A stretch of DNA of 64,000 nt from an uncultured delta proteobacterium. Lineage in GTDB: Bacteria; Desulfobacterota; Syntrophia; Syntrophales; UBA2185. The translations under genes and the position numbers were made by a program. The stretch covers positions 256,001 through 320,000 of the forward strand of contig CAVSPA010000007.1 of the NCBI GenBank assembly GCA_963729715.1, written 5' to 3'. The notes beneath the pieces were generated by a model that saw only the letters and a program-made list of their open reading frames with translations, was not told where the DNA came from and ran no database searches. Position 1 is the stretch's first letter. Every line of letters begins with the position of its first letter. Below are positions 10,611 to 20,443 of this stretch, piece by piece.

Positions 10611-11876
10611 ATGCTTCAGGACGTATTCTTAACCAAGGAAGAGATGGCCTTGAAACAAGAGGTCAGGGACTTCGTCAAAAATAACGTATCGCCGGATCTT
10701 CTCAAGAAGATGGACCGCGACGAGATTCGCTATCCCCGCGAGTACGTGAAAGATTTGGGCAATAGAAATCTCCTCGGTTTGAGATTTCCCAAGAAGTACG
10801 GTGGCCGAGGTATGTCCTGGACTGGCGAAATAGCTGCCCTCGAGGAAATCGGCGTTCTGGGCACCGCCCTCGGTTGCGCCTTCGCCATGCCCTCGATCGT
10901 GGGCGAAGCCTTGAATGTCTACGGCACGGAGGAACAGAAAGAAAAGTTTCTCAAGCCGATGCTGAAGGGAGATCTGGTATCCGCCGAGGCCCTGACGGAG
11001 CCCCGCGGCGGGTCAGACTTTTTTGGCGCCACGACACGCGCGGAATTGAAGGATGGATATTTTACCATCAAGGGACAGAAGCGTTTCGTTGTTGCCGCGG
11101 ACGGCGCCGACTTTTTTATCGTCTACTGCAACACCAACCCGCAGGGCAAGCCTCATGAGAGGATCAGCCTTATTCTTATTGAAAAAGATCGGGAGGGGGT
11201 GGAGGCGAAATACCTTTATAAGCTCCTGGGTACGAGGGGCGGCGGAACAGGACGCCTCATTTTCAAGGATGTCAACGTCCCCGCTTCCAACCTGATCGGC
11301 GGGCTCAACGAAGGTGCAAACATCTTCAACACGATGATGGTCCCCGAACGAATGACCTCGGCCGGCGCCTCGCTCGGAATGGGACGCGGCGCTCTCGAAG
11401 TTGCCGTGAGATACAGCGACCGCAGGAAGGCCTTCGGCCAGAAGATCAGAAACTTTCAGGGCGTGAGTTTCAAAGTCGCCGATGCCATTACGCAGCTGGA
11501 CGCGGCCCGCGCCCTCACTATCGCGGCGGCGAAGAGTGTCGATGCCGGCATGTCCACCGCTCGGAGGATGGTGAGTGAAGCAAAAAAATGCGCCACCGAT
11601 ACGGCCTGGAATGTTTGCAACCTGGCGATGCAGATCGTCGGGGGGATCAGCTACACGAGCGTATTCCCCATCGAGAAGATGGTGCGTGACGCCCGTCTTA
11701 TCCAGATATGGACGGGAACAAACGACATCATGAACCTTCTCATCCAGCATGAGTTCTATCGGGAGATCCTTAAGGACGCCAATCCCGGCCGTATGATCGA
11801 GATCGACGCAGAAGACGCCGACAAGAACGATGAGAAGGTATACGAAGACGATGAAATGTGGATTAAGGGCTGGTAA
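10611..11876 (+). CDS. Acyl-CoA dehydrogenase family protein
   Basis: ALTEPRGGSD, RKAFGQKI, QIVGGISY, IWTGTNDI. Confidence 0.92.
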   Translation: MLQDVFLTKEEMALKQEVRDFVKNNVSPDLLKKMDRDEIRYPREYVKDLGNRNLLGLRFPKKYGGRGMSWTGEIAALEEIGVLGTALGCAFAMPSIVGEALNVYGTEEQKEKFLKPMLKGDLVSAEALTEPRGGSDFFGATTRAELKDGYFTIKGQKRFVVAADGADFFIVYCNTNPQGKPHERISLILIEKDREGVEAKYLYKLLGTRGGGTGRLIFKDVNVPASNLIGGLNEGANIFNTMMVPERMTSAGASLGMGRGALEVAVRYSDRRKAFGQKIRNFQGVSFKVADAITQLDAARALTIAAAKSVDAGMSTARRMVSEAKKCATDTAWNVCNLAMQIVGGISYTSVFPIEKMVRDARLIQIWTGTNDIMNLLIQHEFYREILKDANPGRMIEIDAEDADKNDEKVYEDDEMWIKGW

Positions 11877-11916
11877 TACATGGACGCCTGTCCGGAGTTT
11901 GGGGAGTTATTAAACG

Positions 11917-13383
11917 ATGATGAATGGGAAAGAGTACCTGAAAACATTAAAAGCGATGAAGACCATCCTCTATATTGACGGCGAGGCGGTTTCCGATTTT
12001 GCCTCGCATCCGGTCATGAAACCGGCGGTGAATGCCCTTAAGGCAACCTATGACCTTGCCAGCGATCCGCAGCTAAATCCGGAACTGCACCGGATGATGG
12101 TAACCGAAAGCGATCTCACAAGCGGAAAGATCAGCCGCTTTCTTACGATCGTCAAGTCGCAGGATAACCTTATGAGCCGGATGAAACTGCAGCGCACCAT
12201 GATGCGCCACACAGGCGGCTGCTTCGGCGGACGCTGCGTAGCCGGCGCCGTCATCAATGCGCTCTGGTCGGTGACGCACGATGTGGATAAAGTAAGCAAA
12301 GGACAGACGAACTATCATGAGCGATTCAAAAAATACATGACCATGTGCCAGGAGAAAGACCTGGCGGTCTCCGGCAACATCACGGACGCCAAGGGGGACC
12401 GATCGCTCCCACCGCACCGTCAGGCGGATCCGGATCTTTATGTCAGGATCGTGGAGCGCACCCCGGACGGCATCGTCGTCAACGGAGCGAAGCTTCAGCA
12501 GTCAGGAGCGCCCATTGCCCATGAACGGCTGGTGGTGCCGACGACGGCCCTTGGCCCTAACGATGAGGCTTACGCCGTAGCCTTTGCGGTACCGGGAGAC
12601 GCTAAAGGCGTCATCCATGTGAACGATTCCGCGTGTTCCAACGCAAAATTCATGGCCATGGAGACTGAAGATATCGGCAATGCGACATTCGGCATGCACC
12701 AGAGCGCCCACATCCTTTTTGATAACGTCTTTGTCCCCTGGGAGCGGGTTTTCCTCTGTGGTGAATGGAAGGCGACTGCGAGCCTTGTTCATCGCTTCTC
12801 CGATTTTCAGCGTTTCGCCTCCTCTGCCTGCCGGTGCGGCTACATCGACCTTTCCATCGGAGCAGGAGCGGCGATAGCCGATTACAACGGCGTTGCCGAC
12901 AAGGCGCATGTCCAAGACAAACTCATCAACATGAGCGTAGATGCGGAAACCCTCTACGGCCTTGTGGCAGGCTCGGCCGCTTTGGGCACGGCTACTGACT
13001 CCGGCGTGATGCTGCCCGAGACCCTCTCCATTAATGCGGCAAAAATATATATGAACGGCGCCATACTGCGGGCCGGACAAACGCTCGCCGATATCGGCGG
13101 CGGCATCCTGATTACGAGACCCAGCAGCCGGGATCTCAAGATACCGAAGGTGGGCGAGCTCCTGGCCAAATACCATAAAGGGAGGGAAGGCGTGGATGTC
13201 CATGACCGTCTGAAGATGGCGCGGCTGTGCGAGTCTTTGTCGGGACTCTCGGCGCCCACGACCATCCTTTCCGTCATTGCGGCCGGGCCTCCGGCAACGC
13301 AGCGATTGAATTTTCGCCTGATGACGGATTTCAAACGCGATAGAAAAGCGGCAGAAAGATTGGCGGGAATCTCGTCCAGTTAA
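11917..13383 (+). CDS. 4-hydroxybutyryl-CoA dehydratase / 4-HPA 3-hydroxylase family protein, divergent
   Basis: TDAKGDRS, DPDLYVRIVE, GIVVNGAK, FDNVFVPWERVF motifs. Confidence 0.88.
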   Translation: MMNGKEYLKTLKAMKTILYIDGEAVSDFASHPVMKPAVNALKATYDLASDPQLNPELHRMMVTESDLTSGKISRFLTIVKSQDNLMSRMKLQRTMMRHTGGCFGGRCVAGAVINALWSVTHDVDKVSKGQTNYHERFKKYMTMCQEKDLAVSGNITDAKGDRSLPPHRQADPDLYVRIVERTPDGIVVNGAKLQQSGAPIAHERLVVPTTALGPNDEAYAVAFAVPGDAKGVIHVNDSACSNAKFMAMETEDIGNATFGMHQSAHILFDNVFVPWERVFLCGEWKATASLVHRFSDFQRFASSACRCGYIDLSIGAGAAIADYNGVADKAHVQDKLINMSVDAETLYGLVAGSAALGTATDSGVMLPETLSINAAKIYMNGAILRAGQTLADIGGGILITRPSSRDLKIPKVGELLAKYHKGREGVDVHDRLKMARLCESLSGLSAPTTILSVIAAGPPATQRLNFRLMTDFKRDRKAAERLAGISSS

Positions 13384-13413
13384 AATTAAAATTTGAAAAA
13401 GGAGCTGATAGAG

Positions 13414-14337
13414 ATGAAAGAGAAAGCTGTTATCACCGCGGCCATTACCGGAAGTATTCACACCCCGACGATGTCGGAATATTTGCCCATCACGCCGCAG
13501 CAGATCGCGGACGAGGCCGTGCGGGCCTATGAGGCAGGCGCTGCCGTGTGCCATGTCCACGCGCGTAACCCGGAGACAGGCATGCCCGTCCCGGATCTCG
13601 AGCTGATGAAACAGATTATCACGAATATAAAGAGCCGGTGCAACATCATCGTCTGCATCACGACAGGCGGAGGAATGGGCATGACTGTCGAACAGCGTGT
13701 AGCGCCCGTTACCTTGTATAAACCTGAACTGGCATCTTTCAATGCAGGGTCCATTAATTTCGCCCTATTCCATGCGATCCCGAGGTTCAAGGAATTTAAA
13801 TTCCCCTGGGAGAAGCAGTATCTGGGCATGTCCGAAGACTTCATCTTTCCGAACACCTTCAAGTCCATGAAGGAATACTGCGCAATTTTCGCCGAGCACG
13901 GAACGAAACCGGAATTCGAGATATACGACTCCGGCATGGTAAACAACGTCGCCTTCATGATCCAGGCGGGATATGTCAAGAAGCCCGTCTACATCCAGTT
14001 CGTCATGGGCGTCCTCGGGGGCATAACGCCGAGTTCGGAAAATCTCATGTTCCTTGTGGATTATGCGAAAAAGCAGATCGGCGATTTTGAATTTTCCGTC
14101 TGCGTGGCCGGCCGCGCGCAATTTCCCATCTGCACCCAGTCCCTGCTTATAGGGGGAAATTGCCGTGTGGGACTGGAAGACAACCTCTACTTGGACCGCG
14201 GCAAGATGGCAAAGAGCAACGCCGAACAGGTTGCGAAGATGGTACGTATGGCGCGAGAGCTTGGCATTGATCCGGCAACACCGGATGAGGCCCGCCAGAT
14301 CCTCGGCCTCAAGGGAATGGACAAGGTCAATTATTAG
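13414..14337 (+). CDS. Beta-keto acid cleavage enzyme (BKACE / DUF849)
   Basis: ITAAITG, AGAAVCHVHAR, RVGLEDN. Confidence 0.93.
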   Translation: MKEKAVITAAITGSIHTPTMSEYLPITPQQIADEAVRAYEAGAAVCHVHARNPETGMPVPDLELMKQIITNIKSRCNIIVCITTGGGMGMTVEQRVAPVTLYKPELASFNAGSINFALFHAIPRFKEFKFPWEKQYLGMSEDFIFPNTFKSMKEYCAIFAEHGTKPEFEIYDSGMVNNVAFMIQAGYVKKPVYIQFVMGVLGGITPSSENLMFLVDYAKKQIGDFEFSVCVAGRAQFPICTQSLLIGGNCRVGLEDNLYLDRGKMAKSNAEQVAKMVRMARELGIDPATPDEARQILGLKGMDKVNY

Positions 14338-14355
14338 GCATTATGTGCCTTCTAA

Positions 14356-14378
14356 GTAGTGCAGGACTTCAGTCCTGC
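14356..14378 (+). repeat. GTAG-type REP-like palindrome
   Basis: GTAG-T-GCAGGAC-TTCA-GTCCTGC, intergenic. Confidence 0.5.
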
Positions 14379-14420
14379 TTGTAATGCGCATCCCATATCT
14401 AAGGAAGAGGATCTTTTGTA

Positions 14421-16358
14421 ATGCAACAGTTTAAGCATCTATTCACCCCTATCGACATAGGCACGATGACAGTAAAAAACAGGATCGTCATGCTGCCGCT
14501 CACTACAGGCTACTGCGAGCTTGATGAGACAATAGGCGACCGTCTCATCAACTTCTTTGCGGCGCGGGCGAAGGGAGGTGTCGGGCTTATCATCGTTCCC
14601 TTTTCACCGGTTCATGCAGGATCGCCCTTAGAGCCCGGCTTATATGATGACCGTTTTCTTCCCGGCCTACGCAAACTCACGGACGCAGTACACGCGCACG
14701 GGGCGAAGATTGCCGCACAGCTCATCACCTCGTATCATGTAATGTTCAAGGGTAGGATAGCCGAAGTGGTGGGCCCGTCGTCTGTGTTAAACCAAATGAC
14801 GCGCACAACAGCAAGGCCCCTTACCGTCCCCGAGATCCACTATATTGTAAAGGAATACGGAAAGGCGGCCGGGAGGGCCCGTCAGGGTGGCTTTGACGCC
14901 GTTGAGGTGCTCGTAGGCGGCGGCTATCTCTTGAACCGCTTCCTCTCTCCCATCACCAATAAACGCGAGGACGAATACGGCGGCAGTCTGGACAACCGGA
15001 TGAGGATCATTCTCGAGGTCATCGCAAGCATGAGAAAGGAAGTGGGCAGGGACTTCCCCATCGGCTGCCGTCTCAACGTCGATGAACAGATGGAGGGAGG
15101 GCACACCATAGAGGATTCGAAGGAAGTGGCGCGCATCCTCGAAAAGGCCGGCATCCAGATGATTAACGTTTACACAGGCTGGCACGAATCACCCGTGCCC
15201 ACCGTCCAGGCAGTGCTCCCGAAAGGGGCCTTCCTGCATCTTGCAGAGAAGATCAAAGGCTGGGTCGGCATCCCCGTCATCGCAGCCAATCGTATAAATG
15301 ACCCCGTCGTTGCCGAGAAAGCGATTGCCGGGGGCCAGGCCGATTTGATCGGCATGGCCCGGGCGCTTCTCGCCGATCCCGAACTTCCCAACAAGGCGCG
15401 GGAAGGAAAAGCAGGGGAGATTGTTCCCTGTCTCGCATGCTCCAACTGCCTCACGGATATTCTGACAACATATAAAGACTGGGGAACGGCGGCATCGACC
15501 AGCTGCTCGGTCAATCCCCTCGCGGGAAAAGAGGCGGAGTATGCAATCGAACCCGCGAAAAAATCCAAGAAGGTATTCGTTATCGGCGGCGGCCCCGGCG
15601 GCATGGAAGCGGCGATGACGGCGGCATTAAGAGGCCACAAGGTCACGCTCTACGATAGAGGAAACGAACTGGGGGGGAAACTTCTCATCGCCTCCATACC
15701 GCCCTACAAAGGTGAACTTCAGGCCCTGGTCAAGAGCCTGGCATCTCGTGCGCGGAAGGCCGGTGTGGAAATAAAACTCAAAAGCGATGCAAGCCAAGCC
15801 ACAATAGAAAAAGAAAAACCCGACGTCTTGATAATGGCTACGGGGTCCTCTTCCCTCATTCCGAATATACCCGGCGTGGTTGGTCCAAATGTGGTGTTGG
15901 CGGAAGACGTATTGACCGGCGCTAAGACTGTAAGCGGTAATGTTCTCATTGTCGGAGGTGGTATGGTCGGCTGTGAGACAGCGGAATTTCTCCTCGAACG
16001 CACAAAAGATGTAACTCGGGTCACCGTTATAGAGATGTTGAGCCGTATGGCGGACAATGTATCTCCCACATACAGGCCTTTCTTTCTCGCGAGATTAAAA
16101 AAAGAGGGCATCAAGATGGAGACGAACACCATCGTGCAGGAGATAACAAAAGATGGTGTAAAGGTCGAACAGAAGGAAGTCGCCGGTTTCATCGAGGGAG
16201 ATGCCGTGGTGCTTGCCGTGGGCTTTAAGTCAAACCCCACCCTCGATGAAGAGAGCAAGGCAAAGGTTGCCGAGGTATATGCAATCGGAGATTGTGCCAA
16301 GCCCCGTATGATAAAAGAGGCTATTGAAGAAGGTTTTGCTATCGGCAGGAAAATTTAG
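14421..16358 (+). CDS. FadH-like NADH:flavin oxidoreductase (OYE + Fe-S + FAD domains)
   Basis: NKREDEYGGS, GWHE, CLACSNC, GGGPGG, GGGMVGCE. Confidence 0.92.
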   Translation: MQQFKHLFTPIDIGTMTVKNRIVMLPLTTGYCELDETIGDRLINFFAARAKGGVGLIIVPFSPVHAGSPLEPGLYDDRFLPGLRKLTDAVHAHGAKIAAQLITSYHVMFKGRIAEVVGPSSVLNQMTRTTARPLTVPEIHYIVKEYGKAAGRARQGGFDAVEVLVGGGYLLNRFLSPITNKREDEYGGSLDNRMRIILEVIASMRKEVGRDFPIGCRLNVDEQMEGGHTIEDSKEVARILEKAGIQMINVYTGWHESPVPTVQAVLPKGAFLHLAEKIKGWVGIPVIAANRINDPVVAEKAIAGGQADLIGMARALLADPELPNKAREGKAGEIVPCLACSNCLTDILTTYKDWGTAASTSCSVNPLAGKEAEYAIEPAKKSKKVFVIGGGPGGMEAAMTAALRGHKVTLYDRGNELGGKLLIASIPPYKGELQALVKSLASRARKAGVEIKLKSDASQATIEKEKPDVLIMATGSSSLIPNIPGVVGPNVVLAEDVLTGAKTVSGNVLIVGGGMVGCETAEFLLERTKDVTRVTVIEMLSRMADNVSPTYRPFFLARLKKEGIKMETNTIVQEITKDGVKVEQKEVAGFIEGDAVVLAVGFKSNPTLDEESKAKVAEVYAIGDCAKPRMIKEAIEEGFAIGRKI

Positions 16359-16402
16359 GTGCAGTTTCTGGACCCTGATGTAAACACTCGGAAGGGCTTT
16401 TC

Positions 16403-17584
16403 ATGAAGACCGTTTATCTTGACCATTGCGCGACCACACCGCTTCATCCCGATGTCCTCAAGGTCATGTTGCCCTTCCTGCGGCATTCTTTCGGCAATCC
16501 CTCGAGCACTCATGCCGCAGGCAGGAAGGCCAGGGAGGCCGTAGAAAAAGCCAGGAGTAAAATAGCAGACCTCATTGGCGCCAAGGCAGCGGAGATCATA
16601 TTTACGAGCGGCGGGACAGAGGCAAACAATCTCGCTATCCAGGGCATCGCACGCGCCCGCAAAGATCGCGGTAATCATATCATCACCTCTGCAATCGAGC
16701 ACCACGCCGTTCTCAAGACCTGTCAGTATCTCGAGAGAAGCGGCTTCACCGTAACCTATCTCCCGGTCGATCGGTACGGCATTGTAAATCCGGAAGACCT
16801 CAGGAAAGCTTTGACGTATAAAACCATCCTAGTAAGCATCATGCACGCGAATAATGAAGCGGGAACGATCGAGCCTATCCCCGAGATAGGAAGGATCATC
16901 ACCGAAAGAGGCATTGCCTTTCACACGGATGCCGTGCAGTCAGCGGGAAAGGTGCGCTTGAACGTCAAAGAAATAGGCGTCGATCTCCTTTCCATTTCCG
17001 CGCACAAATTCCATGGCCCGAAAGGCATCGGGGTCTTGTATATCAGGGATGGGATCGGTATCGATCCTATTCTTCACGGCGGGGGACAGGAGAGGGACAT
17101 CAGGAGCGGCACGGAAAATGTTGCCTCCATCGCGGGATTGGGAAAGGCATGTGAACTCGCAAAAGAAACACTTGCGGTACGTATGGATGAAATCAGAAAA
17201 ATGCGCGATGCACTCCAGGAGCGTATTTCAGCCGCTGTCCCTAGTCTCGTGATAAACGGTCACCCTCTCTCAAGATTGCCCAACTGCCTCAGCGTATCCG
17301 TTCCCGGAATCATGGCTGAGACAATTGTACGCGACCTTGATGCGAGAGGCATCGCCGTATCAGCCGGCTCCGCCTGCACGTCTCACTCAGTTGAAATCTC
17401 GCACGTCCTTGCGGCCATGGGACTGCCCAAGGAGACGGCGCAGGGAACGGTGAGACTGAGCCTCGGAATAATGAATACACCAGATGAAATAGAATGCGCC
17501 GCTGCCTCTTTCATAGAAGTTGTTGAGAAACTCAAGGCCCTTTCCGAAATCGAAGGCTCCCTCGGTTCAAGACGCTGCTACTGA
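16403..17584 (+). CDS. Cysteine desulfurase (IscS/NifS family)
   Basis: YLDHCATTP, SAHKFHGPKG, SAGSAC. Confidence 0.93.
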   Translation: MKTVYLDHCATTPLHPDVLKVMLPFLRHSFGNPSSTHAAGRKAREAVEKARSKIADLIGAKAAEIIFTSGGTEANNLAIQGIARARKDRGNHIITSAIEHHAVLKTCQYLERSGFTVTYLPVDRYGIVNPEDLRKALTYKTILVSIMHANNEAGTIEPIPEIGRIITERGIAFHTDAVQSAGKVRLNVKEIGVDLLSISAHKFHGPKGIGVLYIRDGIGIDPILHGGGQERDIRSGTENVASIAGLGKACELAKETLAVRMDEIRKMRDALQERISAAVPSLVINGHPLSRLPNCLSVSVPGIMAETIVRDLDARGIAVSAGSACTSHSVEISHVLAAMGLPKETAQGTVRLSLGIMNTPDEIECAAASFIEVVEKLKALSEIEGSLGSRRCY

Positions 17585-17835
17585 TTCAGATCGATTAAGC
17601 CGCGACCGCGGTCACGACATCCTTTACTTCCTGTAAGAAATGATCTACACATTAGTATGATTGATGCAGATTTGTTATCGGAATGAATACGCAGGATTTA
17701 ATTAATCTGGAAAGTGCCCCTGATTTCCCCCCCCGATTGTTCCAGTAACGTTTGGTGTATCACAGAGCGCGCCATACCCCGTCCGGAGATCCGTTGGCGC
17801 CGTAGCGGCAACAGCCGTGCGAAAGGAAATTAACT

Positions 17836-18033
17836 GTGAATGGAAATAACCGATCAAACATTAAACCTGGGATGCGTGTGAAGGTCATCCAGAAGCAGGA
17901 TCAGTTCAGTTGCAAACTGTCTGAAGGCATCGTCAAGGATATTCTCACAAAATCAGTCAGTCACCCTCATGGCATCAAGGTGCGCCTGCATAGCGGCATA
18001 ATAGGCCGGGTCAAAGAGATTTTGGATGCTTGA
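17836..18033 (+). CDS. YwbE family protein (DUF2196)
   Basis: ILTKS..HPHGIKVRL..G.IGRV motif. Confidence 0.85.
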   Translation: MNGNNRSNIKPGMRVKVIQKQDQFSCKLSEGIVKDILTKSVSHPHGIKVRLHSGIIGRVKEILDA

Positions 18034-18067
18034 GCTGATCCATTTTTTTTACTGAAAAAGGTTATGA

Positions 18068-18529
18068 ATGCAGATATATGTCGATGCGGACGGATTTCCG
18101 AATGCGGCCAAAGATCTACTGATCAGGACCGCTATGCGCTTGCATGTGCCCGTGGTTTTTGTGGCCAACAAAAGGGTAAGTTATGAGCCCTCAGTTATCA
18201 TTTCAAGCATTATAGTCCCTGACGGACCTGACCTTGCGGATGATCGGATCGTTGAACTGGCACAGAAGGGCAACCTGGTGATTACTGCCGACATCCCGCT
18301 CGCAGACCGGGTGGTTGCCAAGGGTGCCTTTGCGCTCAGCCCTCGAGGTAATCTCTATATGGAGGGCAACATCAAGGATAAACTGGCTATACGTGACCTG
18401 ATGACTGGGCTAAGAGACAGCGGCATGATGACGGGAGGTCCATCGGTATTTGGTAGGAAAGAATGCCAGGCTTTTATTAACCAGCTCAATAGCTTTTTGA
18501 CCAAACATTTAAAAAACAATAACTCTTAA
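18068..18529 (+). CDS. YaiI/YqxD family protein
   Basis: IYVDAD, VITADIPLA, TGGP motifs. Confidence 0.9.
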   Translation: MQIYVDADGFPNAAKDLLIRTAMRLHVPVVFVANKRVSYEPSVIISSIIVPDGPDLADDRIVELAQKGNLVITADIPLADRVVAKGAFALSPRGNLYMEGNIKDKLAIRDLMTGLRDSGMMTGGPSVFGRKECQAFINQLNSFLTKHLKNNNS

Positions 18530-18868
18530 AAGCAGCGGCCAAGAGTGTCATAGGTCAAATCAATATATCAGGAAGGGCAATAGTAATTTCTTTTCGTGGT
18601 ATTAATAGGCTGGCTGATAAAAACATTTATAGCGTGCTTCCTGTTATTCTCAAGTTTTCATTATTGCTTTATATGCAAGATTTCAACTGGTAAAAATCAA
18701 AAAAACACAGAGCTTAATCTTTTAAATGTGATATAAAAATAGTGCTACATCTCAATGGTGTCGCAGCAGAAAATAAATGCCTGTGATATCGTTAGCACGA
18801 ATGCCTCAGACAGAGAGGCAGCGTTGTGTAATGAGCTCAAGAATAATTGCAAAGAAAGGGGATATGCC

Positions 18869-19996
18869 ATGGCACGAGATATTTACAAGAAACTGGCTGA
18901 CCATCTCGACAACCTGCCGGGAGGCTTTCCGCACACCCCAAGCGGCGTGGAGATTCGTATTTTGCGACGGATTTTTACCCCTGAGGAAGCCAAACTCGCG
19001 GTCCACTTGGCCCTCATTTCCGAGGAGCCGCGGGTCATAGCGAGGCGCGCCAAGCTCCCCATCCAGGAGGTTGCCCAAAGTCTAAAAGAGATGGATAAGA
19101 AGGGCCTGGTTATGGGGATTAGGCGAAAAGGCGAGCCGCTCCAGTACATGGCCCAACAATTTATCGTGGGTATCTGGGAGGCGCAGGTGAATAAACTGAG
19201 CCGGGAGCTTGTCGAGGAGTTCGAGGAATACCTGCCCTCATTGTTTGACCCCGGCATCTGGCGCAAAGTGCCGCAGATGCGTACGATCCCCGTAAGGAAG
19301 AGTATCGAGATTCAGCCCGAGGTGATGCCCTATGAGCGGGCAGAGGAGATTGTGCGCAATCACACGACCTTCGCCGTTTCGAATTGCATCTGCCGGCAAG
19401 AGTTTCGCATTTTGGGAAAAGGCTGCGACAAGCCTGAGGAGAGTTGTCTGCAGTTTGGATTAGCGGCCGAGGGCGTCGTGCACATGGGACGTGGCCGGGC
19501 CATCACCCGGGAAGAAGCCCTCGCGATTCTTAGGCGGGCCGAGGAGACGGGACTGGTGCTGCAACCGGCAAACGCCAAGAACCCCCTTTTCATCTGCACC
19601 TGCTGCGGGTGCTGCTGCGGTGTGCTGAGACTTCTCAAACGTGATCCCAAGCCGGCCAGTTTGGTGGCGAGTCCATTTGTGGTGAGCCTCAATACTAACA
19701 CATGCAAGGGCTGCGGCATCTGCACCAAGCGCTGTCAGATGGAAGCCATTCATGTGGACAACAAGAAAGCGATCCTGAATCCGGACCGGTGCATCGGATG
19801 TGGACTGTGTGTCGACACCTGTCGCACAAAATCCCTCACCCTGCTTCGCAAACCGGAAGCCCAACAATCCTACGTGCCTAAGAACATCATTGAGACAAGT
19901 ATCAAGTTGGGAAAAGCTCGCGGCAAGCTGGGCATTGGTAAATTGGTTAGTATGCAGGTCAGGTCAAAGCTAGACAGGCTATTGGCTGAGCGATAA
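18869..19996 (+). CDS. wHTH + Cys-rich + 2x[4Fe-4S] ferredoxin-domain protein
   Basis: CICR, ICTCCGCCC, two CxxCxxCxxxC motifs; start moved to MARDIY. Confidence 0.88.
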   Translation: MARDIYKKLADHLDNLPGGFPHTPSGVEIRILRRIFTPEEAKLAVHLALISEEPRVIARRAKLPIQEVAQSLKEMDKKGLVMGIRRKGEPLQYMAQQFIVGIWEAQVNKLSRELVEEFEEYLPSLFDPGIWRKVPQMRTIPVRKSIEIQPEVMPYERAEEIVRNHTTFAVSNCICRQEFRILGKGCDKPEESCLQFGLAAEGVVHMGRGRAITREEALAILRRAEETGLVLQPANAKNPLFICTCCGCCCGVLRLLKRDPKPASLVASPFVVSLNTNTCKGCGICTKRCQMEAIHVDNKKAILNPDRCIGCGLCVDTCRTKSLTLLRKPEAQQSYVPKNIIETSIKLGKARGKLGIGKLVSMQVRSKLDRLLAER

Positions 19997-20069
19997 TGCA
20001 AGCCTGCGATAATTACGCATATGCAAATCATTTTCGTAAAAAATTCCCGTGGAAAGGGGTGACGAAAAT

Positions 20070-20417
20070 ATGATTAGACGGAGTAGTGAGATGCGCGAAG
20101 AGAGTATTCATGAATTGAAGGGAGGAAAGGGAACATTAAAGTTATTCCATATCCTCGAAAAAGATGAATTGAAGGGAAAGGGACGGCTCTGTACAAGAGA
20201 GATTATACCGCCGGGAAATTCCGTTGGCTTTCACAAACACGAGGGAGATTTTGAGTTATACTATGTCCTCGAAGGAGAAGGTCTTGTAAATGACAATGGT
20301 CTTGAAACCACGATAAGAAAAGGGGACGCGGTTCGTACCGGTCATGGCGAGTCTCATGCCATTAAAAATGTCGGAGATAGAGACCTTGAGCTCATTACTG
20401 TTATATTATTTGAATAG
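20070..20417 (+). CDS. Cupin-domain protein
   Basis: HKHEGDFELYYVLEGEG and GESHAIKN cupin motifs. Confidence 0.88.
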   Translation: MIRRSSEMREESIHELKGGKGTLKLFHILEKDELKGKGRLCTREIIPPGNSVGFHKHEGDFELYYVLEGEGLVNDNGLETTIRKGDAVRTGHGESHAIKNVGDRDLELITVILFE

Positions 20418-20443
20418 CAGCCGAAAAGGAAATACAAGAGAGG

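Noticed and set aside
9683..10632. Short ORFs in the divergent intergenic region
   Set aside because: No recognisable motifs or convincing RBS; mutually overlapping
17700..17830. Possible attC site or structured leader before ywbE
   Set aside because: No convincing R/L box pairing and no integron integrase
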